From NCBI GenBank assembly GCA_021107495.1, contig JAIOSR010000244.1, positions 1 to 37,321 on the forward strand: a stretch of 37,321 bases of DNA, read 5' to 3'. Under the pieces are notes generated by a model. The model worked only from the letters and a program-made list of their open reading frames with translations. It did not search any database and was not told the origin of the DNA. Made by a program: the position numbers and the translations under genes. This document shows, in pieces, positions 8,203 through 18,028 of this stretch (positions are counted from its first letter, which is position 1; each line of letters opens with the position of its first letter). The stretch comes from Desulfobacterales bacterium. Its GTDB lineage: Bacteria > Desulfobacterota > DSM-4660 > Desulfatiglandales > Desulfatiglandaceae.

Positions 8203-9462
8203 TTAGTGATCACTGCCTTCCTTTATCAATCTGTTATGCCAAGATAAACTGGAAGAAAACTTATCCGTTAAATACTTTTGCCATTTCTTTAGTTCGGCAT
8301 TTGTAAAATGCTTTGTATTCCAGTAAGGATTTGAATATTCGTCGGCAAAGGTCCAATCATAACTCTTCATCGTCGACGGTTCATAAAAGTCACAACCGGG
8401 ATATGGACATAGGATGGTAATTCCAAAGATGTCAGGCTGAATTTCATCTACCAGTTTTTCTGTCAACCTGATGTCTTCAACTGTTTCATTGGGCATTCCT
8501 AAGAGAAAATAACTTCTTCTCTCAATTCCTATCTCCCTACACCATTGAAACACTTTTTTGATTTTTTCGACAACAACGCCTTTCCTTATGTCATTTAGAA
8601 TTTTCTGACTACCGCTTTCACAGCCCACATTGATCTGAATGCACCCGGCCGCCTTCATGGCCTTGAGCATTTCCTTGTTCGCAAAAGCGGCATGCACATT
8701 CGCTTCCCATGCCAAGTCAACTTTCTGTCGAATTTTCTCTTCACAAAAAGCAATCACCTTTTCCGTAGAAGTATTCCACGTGGCATCTGCAAACTTGAAA
8801 TAATCCAACGAATATTTACGAGCAAGCCACCTGATCTCCTCAAGGAGGTGTTTGGGGTCTCGTACACGCAGAGGGTTGGTCTTTGGATCGAAAACACCTG
8901 TAACCTTCCTCTCAGCACAAAATGCGCAACGGAACGGACAGACCCTAACGCTTTGTAAACTTGTGATCCTCTTGCCTATCAGCTCTTGGCACAAGTCCAC
9001 AGTTCTATCATTTTTGATCAGATCTCTATCGGGGAAAATATCTTCAAACTCAGCAAATTTGTCTCCGTAGATAATGGGTGAGGTATCACCGGCAAGTATC
9101 TTAAGAAAACCTTCTTCGCCTTCCCCAACGATCACCTGATCAACAGCCTCTTCCTCCAGGCAGTCATTTGGTACTGCCGTAGGGTGAAACCCGCCAAAAA
9201 CGGTTCTCACCTCAGGGTTGATCGCCTTTATTGCGTTTGTGAGTTTTACGGCTGGCCTAAAAACCGGCGAAGTACAAGAAAAAGCCACAATATCAGAAGT
9301 CTTTCCATCCTCTATGATAGTACTATCGCTATCAAAGTAGCCTTGATAAAAACTCATCCTCAGTTTTCCTGGGAACTTCTTCTTTGCATAAGCTCCGATA
9401 TAGGCCAAGCCCAATGCCTCCCAGATATTGAAGTAATAGGGTTGAACAAAAGTAATTTTCAT
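8203..9462 (-). CDS. B12-binding-domain radical SAM enzyme (class B type)
   Basis: 419 aa with the CxxxCxxC cluster motif VRVCPFRCAFCAERK. This is preceded by an N-terminal region of about 130 aa typical of cobalamin-binding radical SAM proteins (RTVFGGFHPTAVP). Confidence 0.85.
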   Translation of the reverse strand: MKITFVQPYYFNIWEALGLAYIGAYAKKKFPGKLRMSFYQGYFDSDSTIIEDGKTSDIVAFSCTSPVFRPAVKLTNAIKAINPEVRTVFGGFHPTAVPNDCLEEEAVDQVIVGEGEEGFLKILAGDTSPIIYGDKFAEFEDIFPDRDLIKNDRTVDLCQELIGKRITSLQSVRVCPFRCAFCAERKVTGVFDPKTNPLRVRDPKHLLEEIRWLARKYSLDYFKFADATWNTSTEKVIAFCEEKIRQKVDLAWEANVHAAFANKEMLKAMKAAGCIQINVGCESGSQKILNDIRKGVVVEKIKKVFQWCREIGIERRSYFLLGMPNETVEDIRLTEKLVDEIQPDIFGITILCPYPGCDFYEPSTMKSYDWTFADEYSNPYWNTKHFTNAELKKWQKYLTDKFSSSLSWHNRLIKEGSDH

Positions 9463-9746
9463 TTTATTTCTTCCTTCATGACAAAAAGTTATCCTAAAAG
9501 CTTTTATAATTCTTTGAATTTAAAGAATCAACATTTTTTCTCTAAATTTGCTTTTGCCAAAATACACCTTTATCTCAAAATCACCTATCAACCACTGGCT
9601 TTTATTTTGCAATAGATAGAAAAAAGCCATGTGTGCTTCTCGTTTTCAAATACAAATCAGTCGAGTCGTGCTGCCATAGATAATAGGAAGGCACTGACCA
9701 ATCAATATCGCGCTTGCATTGTCAAATTGTATATGCTAATCACTCT

Positions 9747-9775
9747 TTTATTTGTTCGCAGAGATTTGTTATAAT
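9747..9775 (+). promoter_or_regulatory. Candidate sigma-70 promoter with extended -10 (TGTTATAAT) for the GT4 gene
   Basis: TATAAT at 9770-9775 is preceded by TGT at 9767-9769. A weak -35 (TTTATT) lies at 9747-9752, giving a 17-nt spacer. The site sits in the AT-rich 431-nt divergent spacer. Confidence 0.3.
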
Positions 9776-9893
9776 CATAAAAATATATCGTCCGTATAAT
9801 AAGGAAGACGCTTTTAAGTCAAGATCACGGCATTACCTCTGCAATTCTTTCTAATTCTCTACTGAGCAACAGCTGGCCAATATCTAAGATATT

Positions 9894-11033
9894 ATGCAAA
9901 ACAGAAAACGGATACTCTTAATAACAAGTTCCTATCCTGCCTTCACAAAAGACACCCGAGCTTCGGCCGGTATGTTTGTTAAAGACTTTGCCCATGAATT
10001 GGCGAAAAAAACCAAATTAGTTGTCCTTACTCAGCATACTGGTCGAGGCCCGGTAATACTTCATGAATCCAATTTTCAAGTGATCCGGTTTCAATGGTCG
10101 GGCAGAGATAAAGCCCTTTCAACATTCCGGTTTCCAAGAGATCTTTTTTTAATGTCATCGGTAATTATTCGGGGGTTTTTTGCTTCTCTAAAAATCGCAA
10201 AAGGGCATAAGTTTCATCATACTCTCGCACTTTGGGCAATTCCTTCCGGCTTATGGGCTCTCTTTCTTAAATGGATCTATAGTATCCCGTATACGGTCTG
10301 GTGCCTTGGAGCTGATATCTGGGACTATAAAAAAAATCCCATCACAAGATGGTTGCTCCGTTTGATTCTCAGGCAAGCGCAAAGTATCTATGCGGACGGA
10401 CATAAGTTGAAGGAGGATGTCCGGTCGCTTTGCGGAAAAAAGTGTGATTATTTGGCATCATCACGCCGGCTCCCTAATCACGTGTCTGTGAAGGCAGATA
10501 TACGGCAAGACAAAAAAAATTATTTATTTATAGGTCGATATCATCCTAACAAGGGGCCGGATATATTGCTTCAAGCCATTGCAAGACTAAATCCTTTAAT
10601 CCGAGAAAAAGCGCACTTCCATCTTTTCGGCGGTGGCGCACTTCGACCAATTTTAGAAGAATTCATAAGCTCACAATATCTTTCCGATGTTGTCACATTG
10701 CATGGTTACATTGATGAAGAATTAGCCACTGCTTATTTGAGAGCATGCGATGCAGTGATTATCCCTTCTCGAAAAGATACAATATCCCTTGTTGTTTCAG
10801 ACGCTTTACAAACCGGAACCCCTATCATAGCTTCCGATGCAGGAGATATGGGATATTTCCTGAAAAAATATAACGCCGGCACGGTTGTACCTTCTAATTG
10901 TCCGGAAGAACTGGCCAAAGCCATTGAGTCTAATGTTCCTAAAAAAAGGAAAATTTCAGCAGGGCAAGCCGACCTGATGAAACTTCTGGATATTTCAAAA
11001 AGCGCTGGACGATTCTTTTCAGATCAACTCTGA
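9894..11033 (+). CDS. Glycosyltransferase family 4 (GT-B fold)
   Basis: 379 aa. The N-terminus RILLITSSYP and the C-terminal donor-binding region VIIPSRKDTISLVVSDALQTGTPIIASD fit the family. Confidence 0.8.
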   Translation: MQNRKRILLITSSYPAFTKDTRASAGMFVKDFAHELAKKTKLVVLTQHTGRGPVILHESNFQVIRFQWSGRDKALSTFRFPRDLFLMSSVIIRGFFASLKIAKGHKFHHTLALWAIPSGLWALFLKWIYSIPYTVWCLGADIWDYKKNPITRWLLRLILRQAQSIYADGHKLKEDVRSLCGKKCDYLASSRRLPNHVSVKADIRQDKKNYLFIGRYHPNKGPDILLQAIARLNPLIREKAHFHLFGGGALRPILEEFISSQYLSDVVTLHGYIDEELATAYLRACDAVIIPSRKDTISLVVSDALQTGTPIIASDAGDMGYFLKKYNAGTVVPSNCPEELAKAIESNVPKKRKISAGQADLMKLLDISKSAGRFFSDQL

Positions 11034-11036
11034 TTT

Positions 11037-11051
11037 CCTTGCTAAGCAAGG
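11037..11051 (+). terminator. Short hairpin just after the GT4 stop (weak terminator candidate between convergent genes)
   Basis: CCTTGC-TAA-GCAAGG forms a 6-bp stem with a 3-nt loop, 4 nt after the TGA. It is followed by a pyrimidine-rich tract, not a clean U-run. Confidence 0.25.
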
Positions 11052-11210
11052 CCTTACTTCTCTTCCACATTACAAACACATCTGAGTCTTAAAACTTTTT
11101 ACCCATGAGATCAAAGGTCTCTTAATTGGTCAGGGTGCCACTTTATATAGAGTGACAAACAAAGTCAGAGCCTTCCGTGGATAGGAAGAAAAAAGGTCAT
11201 AGAAAGATAT

Positions 11211-12095
11211 CTAAAACAACTTATCGCCCTCGCTTCTTTCAAATCTCATAAGACAAATCTGTTCAGAGATAAGACCCATCATAAAAACAATAATAGAGGT
11301 GGTAAAAAGGAGCGCACTCATATTGGTAAAGCGATCCCACATAAAAAAAGTGTATAGGTAGTAGGATAATCCTAAAACAAACATAAAAAAACTTACAGGA
11401 AGAAATATCCTCAACGGAGAATAAAGGGCACATATTTTGGTAATAATCATAAAAAATTTCAATCCATCCCTGAATATCTTGATTTTGCTTTTCCCCATAT
11501 TTCGTTTGCGCGTATTGATAGGGATATATTTCAGACTTTTCCCACTCCTTAAAACACCTAGCGTTAATGTAGTGGGGTAAGAGTATGTATTGGGAAGAAG
11601 GTATAAAAGGTTATGAGCAATCTCAGATTTTATTGCCCGAAAGCCTGAGGTAAGGTCCTGAACAGAGAATTTTGCAACGTATGAGGCCAACCAATTAAAT
11701 ATCCTGTTGCCCACTGCCCGACCCCATGAGGCTTGGTGTCCTTTTGGCCTCGCACCAACGACCATGTCGTTATCTGGAAATTCTTCAATAAATTTCTTAA
11801 TTTCCTCTGGCTCATGCTGACCATCCCCATCCATGAACACCAGGATATCACCCGACGCTATCCTTATACCACTTTTTATAGCCGCGCCATTGCCGATATT
11901 ATTGGGATGAGTGTATACAATAGCTCCTGCATCTTTCGCGACCTGGCCCGTATCATCTGTTGAACCGTCATTAATAACGATTATCTCGAAATCAGGATAA
12001 AGGCTTCTGGTTTTTCCTACAATATCGCCAATCGTCTGAGCTTCATTGTAGACTGGGATAATTATTGAAACTTCCGTTTTATCCATTTTTTGCAA
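11211..12095 (-). CDS. GT2 polyprenyl-phosphate glycosyltransferase (DPM1/GtrB-like) with C-terminal TM helices
   Basis: VSIIIPVYNEAQ, INDGSTDDT and the DxD-type FMDGDGQH are present, with hydrophobic C-terminal helices. It uses a TTG start at 12095 with GAGGAG 5 nt upstream. Confidence 0.85.
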   Translation of the reverse strand: MQKMDKTEVSIIIPVYNEAQTIGDIVGKTRSLYPDFEIIVINDGSTDDTGQVAKDAGAIVYTHPNNIGNGAAIKSGIRIASGDILVFMDGDGQHEPEEIKKFIEEFPDNDMVVGARPKGHQASWGRAVGNRIFNWLASYVAKFSVQDLTSGFRAIKSEIAHNLLYLLPNTYSYPTTLTLGVLRSGKSLKYIPINTRKRNMGKSKIKIFRDGLKFFMIITKICALYSPLRIFLPVSFFMFVLGLSYYLYTFFMWDRFTNMSALLFTTSIIVFMMGLISEQICLMRFERSEGDKLF

Positions 12096-12250
12096 TAAAG
12101 CTCCTCAAAATATAGTATAAAAAATGCTTATACAAATGCTATTTTAATTCTATATGTCAATATGGTCACAAAGTTTTTAAGAATAATCCCCTCAAAGTCA
12201 CATTTTTTATCAGGATCTACATCTTTATAGTATTCAAGAAAAAAATTTTG

Positions 12251-12314
12251 GACGCAGATAGAGGCTGATGTTCAGGATTTTTTATCTGCGGCTATCCGAA
12301 TAAATCTGTGTGCC
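12251..12314. repeat. ATCTGCG-type palindromic intergenic repeat
   Basis: CGCAGATA (12253-12260) is inverted to TATCTGCG (12283-12290), and a degenerate third copy AAATCTGTGTGCC lies at 12302-12314. A related TATCTGCGTC occurs near 4449 in another spacer. Confidence 0.35.
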
Positions 12315-12453
12315 CAAAAAAACTATCTTTATTTCTTATCTTAAGGGCGTTGACTTCTTCCATGATTCACTCTCCTTCTATCTCATCTTATATCTTAGAG
12401 TAAATCGATTTAGTGCACATGTCAAATGTATATGGGTGTATACACATCAGGAG

Positions 12454-14127
12454 TTATGAGGAAATATAATTAATCTGGGATACCCCATATCCCCACTTAA
12501 AAAATAGCATTCTACAGTATCTTAGCATAAATTGATTTAATATATATAGCTTTTTATCATTAAAAATATCCTTTTTCCATTTGTCAAAAAGGTCATAACG
12601 GATGAGCAAATGGTTAATTCCCATGTTTTTTAGTTCAGACAAGATTTGCTCAGGGGAATCCGATCTCTTCACAATCTTATAAAGTGAACCATTGTCTAAT
12701 TGGTACTCTTTGTCACAATAGTATCCCCGTTTACCTATGAAAACGAATAATATTTTGGCATCGTGGGGAAGATTTCTGTTAATGTATCTCATGACAGGGT
12801 ATTCAAACCGGTATTTGTCAATATACTCATCACGAGAAACACTACCGTTCAAGAATCCAAATGGGTCAACCTCCTTGAATTGCCCGTAAATATATAGGCC
12901 ATTGATCCCAAGGGCAACAGCCACTAATCCAAAAACAAGAGCCGTGGCTACCCGCCTCCAATTCTGAGAATGAATTTCCCCCACCTTCTGGAACATCTGC
13001 CTGATCCCGAAGACAGACAGAATCACCAGAGGGGGAATGATGGGCGAGATATACCGCACCCTCACGACCTGGCTGAAAAAGGCGAAACCCAAAAAAAGGA
13101 CAGAAAACGCCAAGAGTATCATTTTTTCATTCCTGATGGAGGCAGGGCCCTCCCGTACTCTGAAAAAGGCAAGGAACGGCAGGAATAGAAGGAAAGGATT
13201 TAGCTTTCCGTCAAAATATTGAGGGTTTCCATCCTTGCCTTGAAAAAAGATACGGGCCGGCAAGAGCATTAGCTGCCACCACTTTTCATTATAAATAATG
13301 CTCCTATAGGTAAAAAGACCATGACTCTGCTTCTTAATGCCGTCCTGGGCAATGGCCTTTGTTGTCAGCTCTTTGGGAGGGTTAAACCAATTATCATAAA
13401 GTGGATAAATTGGGTTGTTTTTCCATTTGTAATTCCTTATCATCCAAGGTGAAAAAATCAGGAGGGCAATGAAGAAGAAAACTAAGCCCTGTCCGGCAGA
13501 CCTGAAAAAATCGGGGCTTCTGCCCTGGTTGTATCTTGAGTGCAAAAAGGGCACAAAAAGGGTTAACAGGAAAAAAGTAACCAGGCCATTGTATTTTGTC
13601 CCCATTGCCAGACCGCAGAGCACAGCGGAAAAAACAAGGGTTCTCATACGAAAACCATTTTTCATCCAACTTAAAAGTAAAAAAAGGGATGCGGTCGAAA
13701 AAAATATAAGACCAAGATCAACATAAACGGTGATGGAAAGCTTTACTATGATAGGGATTGAAAAGAAAAAAAGCGCTCCAATCAGGCCATATATGGTGCT
13801 GATGCGGCGCTTCAAATAGTCGAAAATGAGCCATCCCGTGAGCAGAGCGAAAAAGAAGTGGATAAATTTAGGGATGATGTCGTTCCCGTAATGAAGGGGA
13901 ATTAAATACAAAAGATCCAGGTTCATGGGGTTATATGAAAACGGCATGAATGGAATCTCATACATACCTCCATTATCGAGATACAGCTTGGGGACGGCCA
14001 AGTGATGAACAAGGGCATCTTTACTTACTGGAGGGACAATAGACAAAATAACAATAGAGACAAATAAAACCGCCAAAATGCCCAGCAGGAAAATTTTCAT
14101 GAAAGATATGTCAGTTTTTTCAGCCAT
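12454..14127 (-). CDS. ArnT/PMT-like GT-C membrane glycosyltransferase (GT39/GT83-type)
   Basis: 557 aa and polytopic. The first periplasmic-loop acidic motif (VSKDALVHHLAVPKLY) and the GTKYNGL segment fit the family, and the soluble C-terminal part is of the expected size. Confidence 0.7.
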   Translation of the reverse strand: MAEKTDISFMKIFLLGILAVLFVSIVILSIVPPVSKDALVHHLAVPKLYLDNGGMYEIPFMPFSYNPMNLDLLYLIPLHYGNDIIPKFIHFFFALLTGWLIFDYLKRRISTIYGLIGALFFFSIPIIVKLSITVYVDLGLIFFSTASLFLLLSWMKNGFRMRTLVFSAVLCGLAMGTKYNGLVTFFLLTLFVPFLHSRYNQGRSPDFFRSAGQGLVFFFIALLIFSPWMIRNYKWKNNPIYPLYDNWFNPPKELTTKAIAQDGIKKQSHGLFTYRSIIYNEKWWQLMLLPARIFFQGKDGNPQYFDGKLNPFLLFLPFLAFFRVREGPASIRNEKMILLAFSVLFLGFAFFSQVVRVRYISPIIPPLVILSVFGIRQMFQKVGEIHSQNWRRVATALVFGLVAVALGINGLYIYGQFKEVDPFGFLNGSVSRDEYIDKYRFEYPVMRYINRNLPHDAKILFVFIGKRGYYCDKEYQLDNGSLYKIVKRSDSPEQILSELKNMGINHLLIRYDLFDKWKKDIFNDKKLYILNQFMLRYCRMLFFKWGYGVSQINYISS

Positions 14128-16237
14128 TTCTCGAAAAAAAATAAAAAATTATGGCTACATATTCATAGCCATCGCCTCGAGTCTTCTCTTTTTTTACCCT
14201 CTAATCTTATCAAATAAGACATTTTTTTTCAGGGATATCCACAGATGGTTTTACCCCATGAAATATTTTCTGGCAAGCTCCCTGAAAGCCGGATCGATCC
14301 CTTTCTGGTGTCCCAACTACTTCTGCGGATCACCATTTATGAGTGACCTTCAATCCGGCGTATTTTACCCCATCTCTCTTGTTTTTGTTCTTTTTCCATT
14401 TTCCTGGTCTTTCAATATCTATATCATCCTACATTTTTTTTTAGGTTTCTGTTTCTTCTACCATTTTATTAAAGGTATCGGCCTGTCCAAGGGATCTGCC
14501 CTGATAACCAGCATCTCATACTGCTACGGCGGTTACGCTATTGCATCGGTTAGTACGTTAAATAACTTATCCACTATGATCTGGCTACCGGCAATACTAT
14601 GGTCATTTCAGAAAGCTGCGACAAAAGGCCATAAATCCGGATACTTTTTTACTGTGCTTTTCCTCTGTATGTCCATTTTGGGAGGCGAACCGCAGCTTTT
14701 TATCCTGACCGCCGGGCTTGTTTTTTTCTATGGCTTAACTTCTGTTGCCGATGAAACTCATGGCATTAGCTCACGCATAAAAAACACGGCCATCATCCTA
14801 ATCGTAATCACATCGTCAGTATTGCTCACGATGGTCCAGCTTGGACCCGCATACATGGACTATCAGCTCTCCGCTCGTTTGGGCGGCATCGCTTATGAGG
14901 AAGCAACCGAATTTTCGTTAAATCTTCAAATGCTAAAACATCTTGTTCTTCCTCTACACTTTAGTCTCACCTTTACCACAGACCCTGCCGCATTAAACAA
15001 CTTTTTTCCAGGAAAAGGCCAAATGCCCTGGCTTTTGACCATATATCCGGGCTTCATGATCGTTCCAATGGCCATTTTCGGTCTGTTTTTTGGTTTTTCT
15101 AAAAGGATATTGTTCTGGCTTGTCACTTTTTTCATCACCCTTGCTCTGGCTTTGGGTCATAACACGCCCGCCTATTACATCTTTTTCAAAATTTTCCCCT
15201 TTTTTCGCTTTCCAGAGAAATTCATGTTTTTGGCAGGCTTCAGCCTGCTGGTAATGGCAGCTTACGGTTTTGATCGGATTTTCTGCCTTTTCAGGCAAAA
15301 ATCAGTGAGACCCGGGCTTCTCCTTTTTTTCATGGCCCTAACCGTTTTCGCTGATCTGTACGTGACCCACAAAAACCTTAATCCTTTATGTGAATCAGCG
15401 TTTTTGAAGTCCTACCATCCGGGTCTTCAACCCGTTTTGGATGATCCTGAACCCTTCAGAATCTATGTGGACAATGAAAGGACTTCCCCTGATTTTTACC
15501 AAAATACGATCTTTAACCACCACATAACATGGCAAAAGCTGTTAATGCCAAACCTTGGGATTCTACATAACCTTAACCATGTGGGAGGAACCTCGGGCCT
15601 TGAATTGCGGTATCAATACCTCATAACAGAAATGCTTTTAAAACCCTGGCCCGAAAAGGTCCGTTTTCTCAGATTGGCCAATGTCAAATATATCATTTCC
15701 TTAAAGCCGCTGGACAAAAATCCCGACTTAAAAGGGCAAATAGAAAAAATAAATGCCATTGTCTATAAAATCAGGGGCTATTTGCCAAGGGCCTGGATAG
15801 TGGGACAGCTTCATCCTATCCGAAAAGGCACAATGGATGAATTGATTGACGGCTCTTTCAACCCTGAATATTCGGCGATTGCAAAAGGGAAAATCGCTGA
15901 CCGGTACAATAAACCGTTTTTTAAAAAAATCGACGACATCAGATATGAAAACGATGGCAGGATTAACATTGAGCTTAATGCTGATGAACCGGGGGTATTG
16001 GTGATTTCAGAATCGTCTTATCCCGGCTGGCAGGTATTTGTAGACAGACAAAAAAAGGAATGTCTATGGTTGAACTTGCTCTTTCAAGGGGTAGAAATAG
16101 AAAAAGGTAAACATGAAATTTGTTTCCTATATCGTCCGAGACATTTTAATCTATTTCTCTCTATTTCCCTGATTTCTTCGGTCTTATTCTCTTTTATCTG
16201 GTTATTTTGCTTGTCATTTGGTAAAAATAGACATTAA
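14099..16237 (+). CDS. YfhO-family GT-C membrane glycosyltransferase
   Basis: N-terminal FFRDIHRWFYPMKYF...GSIPFWCPNYFCGSPFMSDLQSGVFYP and C-terminal SYPGWQVFVDR...GKHEICFLYRP are YfhO-typical. The ORF opens at 14078; ATG 14099 has AGGA 8 nt upstream, so the start is uncertain (14078, 14099 or 14108). Confidence 0.8.
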   Translation: MKDMSVFSAISRKKIKNYGYIFIAIASSLLFFYPLILSNKTFFFRDIHRWFYPMKYFLASSLKAGSIPFWCPNYFCGSPFMSDLQSGVFYPISLVFVLFPFSWSFNIYIILHFFLGFCFFYHFIKGIGLSKGSALITSISYCYGGYAIASVSTLNNLSTMIWLPAILWSFQKAATKGHKSGYFFTVLFLCMSILGGEPQLFILTAGLVFFYGLTSVADETHGISSRIKNTAIILIVITSSVLLTMVQLGPAYMDYQLSARLGGIAYEEATEFSLNLQMLKHLVLPLHFSLTFTTDPAALNNFFPGKGQMPWLLTIYPGFMIVPMAIFGLFFGFSKRILFWLVTFFITLALALGHNTPAYYIFFKIFPFFRFPEKFMFLAGFSLLVMAAYGFDRIFCLFRQKSVRPGLLLFFMALTVFADLYVTHKNLNPLCESAFLKSYHPGLQPVLDDPEPFRIYVDNERTSPDFYQNTIFNHHITWQKLLMPNLGILHNLNHVGGTSGLELRYQYLITEMLLKPWPEKVRFLRLANVKYIISLKPLDKNPDLKGQIEKINAIVYKIRGYLPRAWIVGQLHPIRKGTMDELIDGSFNPEYSAIAKGKIADRYNKPFFKKIDDIRYENDGRINIELNADEPGVLVISESSYPGWQVFVDRQKKECLWLNLLFQGVEIEKGKHEICFLYRPRHFNLFLSISLISSVLFSFIWLFCLSFGKNRH

Positions 16238-16341
16238 GCCCGTTCCAACCCTCCCATTGAAGGAAGAGGGAATTCTGGTATCGTGTCGTAAGATATGGAA
16301 TTTTTGCTTAACAATTTGCTGACCTACTGAGTTCCCTGCCC

Positions 16342-17955
16342 ATGCCTGTCCTAAAGCCATCTCACATCCATACTCTGTGGTCAAAAGCAGCCACATTTGT
16401 TGTGCTTTTAGCCCTTACATTCATTCCCGTAGCGCTTACGCTGCCGGACTACGGCGTGACCTTTGATGAACCCATTTACATGGAGGCAGCATGGAATGTG
16501 CAAAAATGGCTTTCCATTGAACCTTCGATCCTCTTTGACCGGGAAGGAATCGACTGCTACTGGAAAACGGACCCCCTTAGAAATGTTCACCCCTCCGGCC
16601 TGAAATGGCTTTACTTATGCGCTCAAAAATCGATTTTCTGGGAAAAAAATCCTTATATACAGAACCGTGTGCTGAACGTGTTTATCCTGGCTGTTTCTCT
16701 GCTTGTTTTTTTACTCTGGTGGGGTGAGGGCTCGTTTTGGAGAGGCACACTATTCATTCTCCTGCTTCTTACTATCCCACGGTTCTTTGCCCATACCCAT
16801 TTTGCCGCCACTGATATCCCCATAACATCATTCCTTTTGCTATTCATCGTGTGTATCGAAAAAACCTTTTCCGGTAAAAGGTTTTGGCTGACAGGTATTT
16901 TGTTCGGTATATTAGCAAGTATCAAAATTACATCCTTACTTGTTGTCTTACCAGCGCTGCTGGCATTTGTTGTGTGGTACAGGCATGAATGGAAGACAGT
17001 GTTGTCGCGCATTATATTAATTTGTCTGGTAGGCATGTTGGTGTTTTACGCCCTTAATCCGGATTGGTGGTTTTCACCGTTATCAAGATGCAGGGAGTTC
17101 CTCGCCCAGACCCTAACCCGACGGACCTGGACCCCTTTCACCACGTATTTCGGAGGACATTTTTACACCTTTAGAGGCCCTTTTTACTATCCTTTCACCA
17201 TGTTCCTCATTACAACGCCTTTACTTCATATTTTTCTCCTTTTTTCAGGGCTTGGATTTTTTCTTTTTGAAAGACCTTGCAGGACCAACCGCAAAATGAT
17301 CCTTTTGATAATCTGTCTTTTAACCCCGTTTATAGTATTGGCCCTCCCTGCGAGTCCCACAAATGATGGCGTGCGGTATCTGTTGCCGGCCTTTCCCTTT
17401 GCCGCATGTTTCATGATGCTTGGTCTTGAAAAGATATGGAATTTTGTGAGAAAAGGATATCCCGCCTCCCCCCTAAGGATGGCAGCAAGGTTGATCATCG
17501 CAGCGGGAGCGTTGATCCTCTTTGCAGGGGACATTTATAATCCGGCCAGGTATCCCCCGTTCGAACTCTCTTACTATAACAAAATAGTCGGAAACCTTTC
17601 AGGCGCTCACCGGCGAGGCTACGAAACTACCTACTGGTTGGAAATATTGAATGATCCGGTACTTGTTCGGTTGAACGAAGTCTGTGCCGGGTCCCTTGTT
17701 TACTTCCCCCTGTCTCCCACGGACCTTTTCTTTAAACATATGCTGGATAAGAAAAAAATAAATTTCGTCCAAACACATACGCCTGAAAAGGCGGAATTCA
17801 TGCTCATTATTGGACGGCCCTTCGTCAGGTTCTGGGAGGCCAAAACATGGCCTATTTACAGACAAATGGGAAAAACACCCAAAGCCGTCTGGGGGATTTC
17901 ACTTGATTCTGTCCCGCTGCTTCGGCTATACCAGATCCAAAGAGGTAAAAAATAA
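16342..17955 (+). CDS. ArnT/PMT-like GT-C membrane glycosyltransferase (GT39-type)
   Basis: 537 aa and polytopic, with a first-loop DE motif (PDYGVTFDEPIYMEAAW) and an HPSGLKWLY segment. Confidence 0.75.
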   Translation: MPVLKPSHIHTLWSKAATFVVLLALTFIPVALTLPDYGVTFDEPIYMEAAWNVQKWLSIEPSILFDREGIDCYWKTDPLRNVHPSGLKWLYLCAQKSIFWEKNPYIQNRVLNVFILAVSLLVFLLWWGEGSFWRGTLFILLLLTIPRFFAHTHFAATDIPITSFLLLFIVCIEKTFSGKRFWLTGILFGILASIKITSLLVVLPALLAFVVWYRHEWKTVLSRIILICLVGMLVFYALNPDWWFSPLSRCREFLAQTLTRRTWTPFTTYFGGHFYTFRGPFYYPFTMFLITTPLLHIFLLFSGLGFFLFERPCRTNRKMILLIICLLTPFIVLALPASPTNDGVRYLLPAFPFAACFMMLGLEKIWNFVRKGYPASPLRMAARLIIAAGALILFAGDIYNPARYPPFELSYYNKIVGNLSGAHRRGYETTYWLEILNDPVLVRLNEVCAGSLVYFPLSPTDLFFKHMLDKKKINFVQTHTPEKAEFMLIIGRPFVRFWEAKTWPIYRQMGKTPKAVWGISLDSVPLLRLYQIQRGKK

Positions 17956-18028
17956 GAGAAGTCTAATCTATCTGAAATTCTGAAACCCCACCACATGCCC
18001 TCGTGCCATGCAATATTAAGCGGGTGGC

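Noticed and set aside
9690-9718. GGCAC ... TTGCA pair that looked like a sigma-54 promoter in the divergent spacer
   Set aside because: The GG-to-GC distance is 26 nt, not the required 12, so it is not a -24/-12 element.
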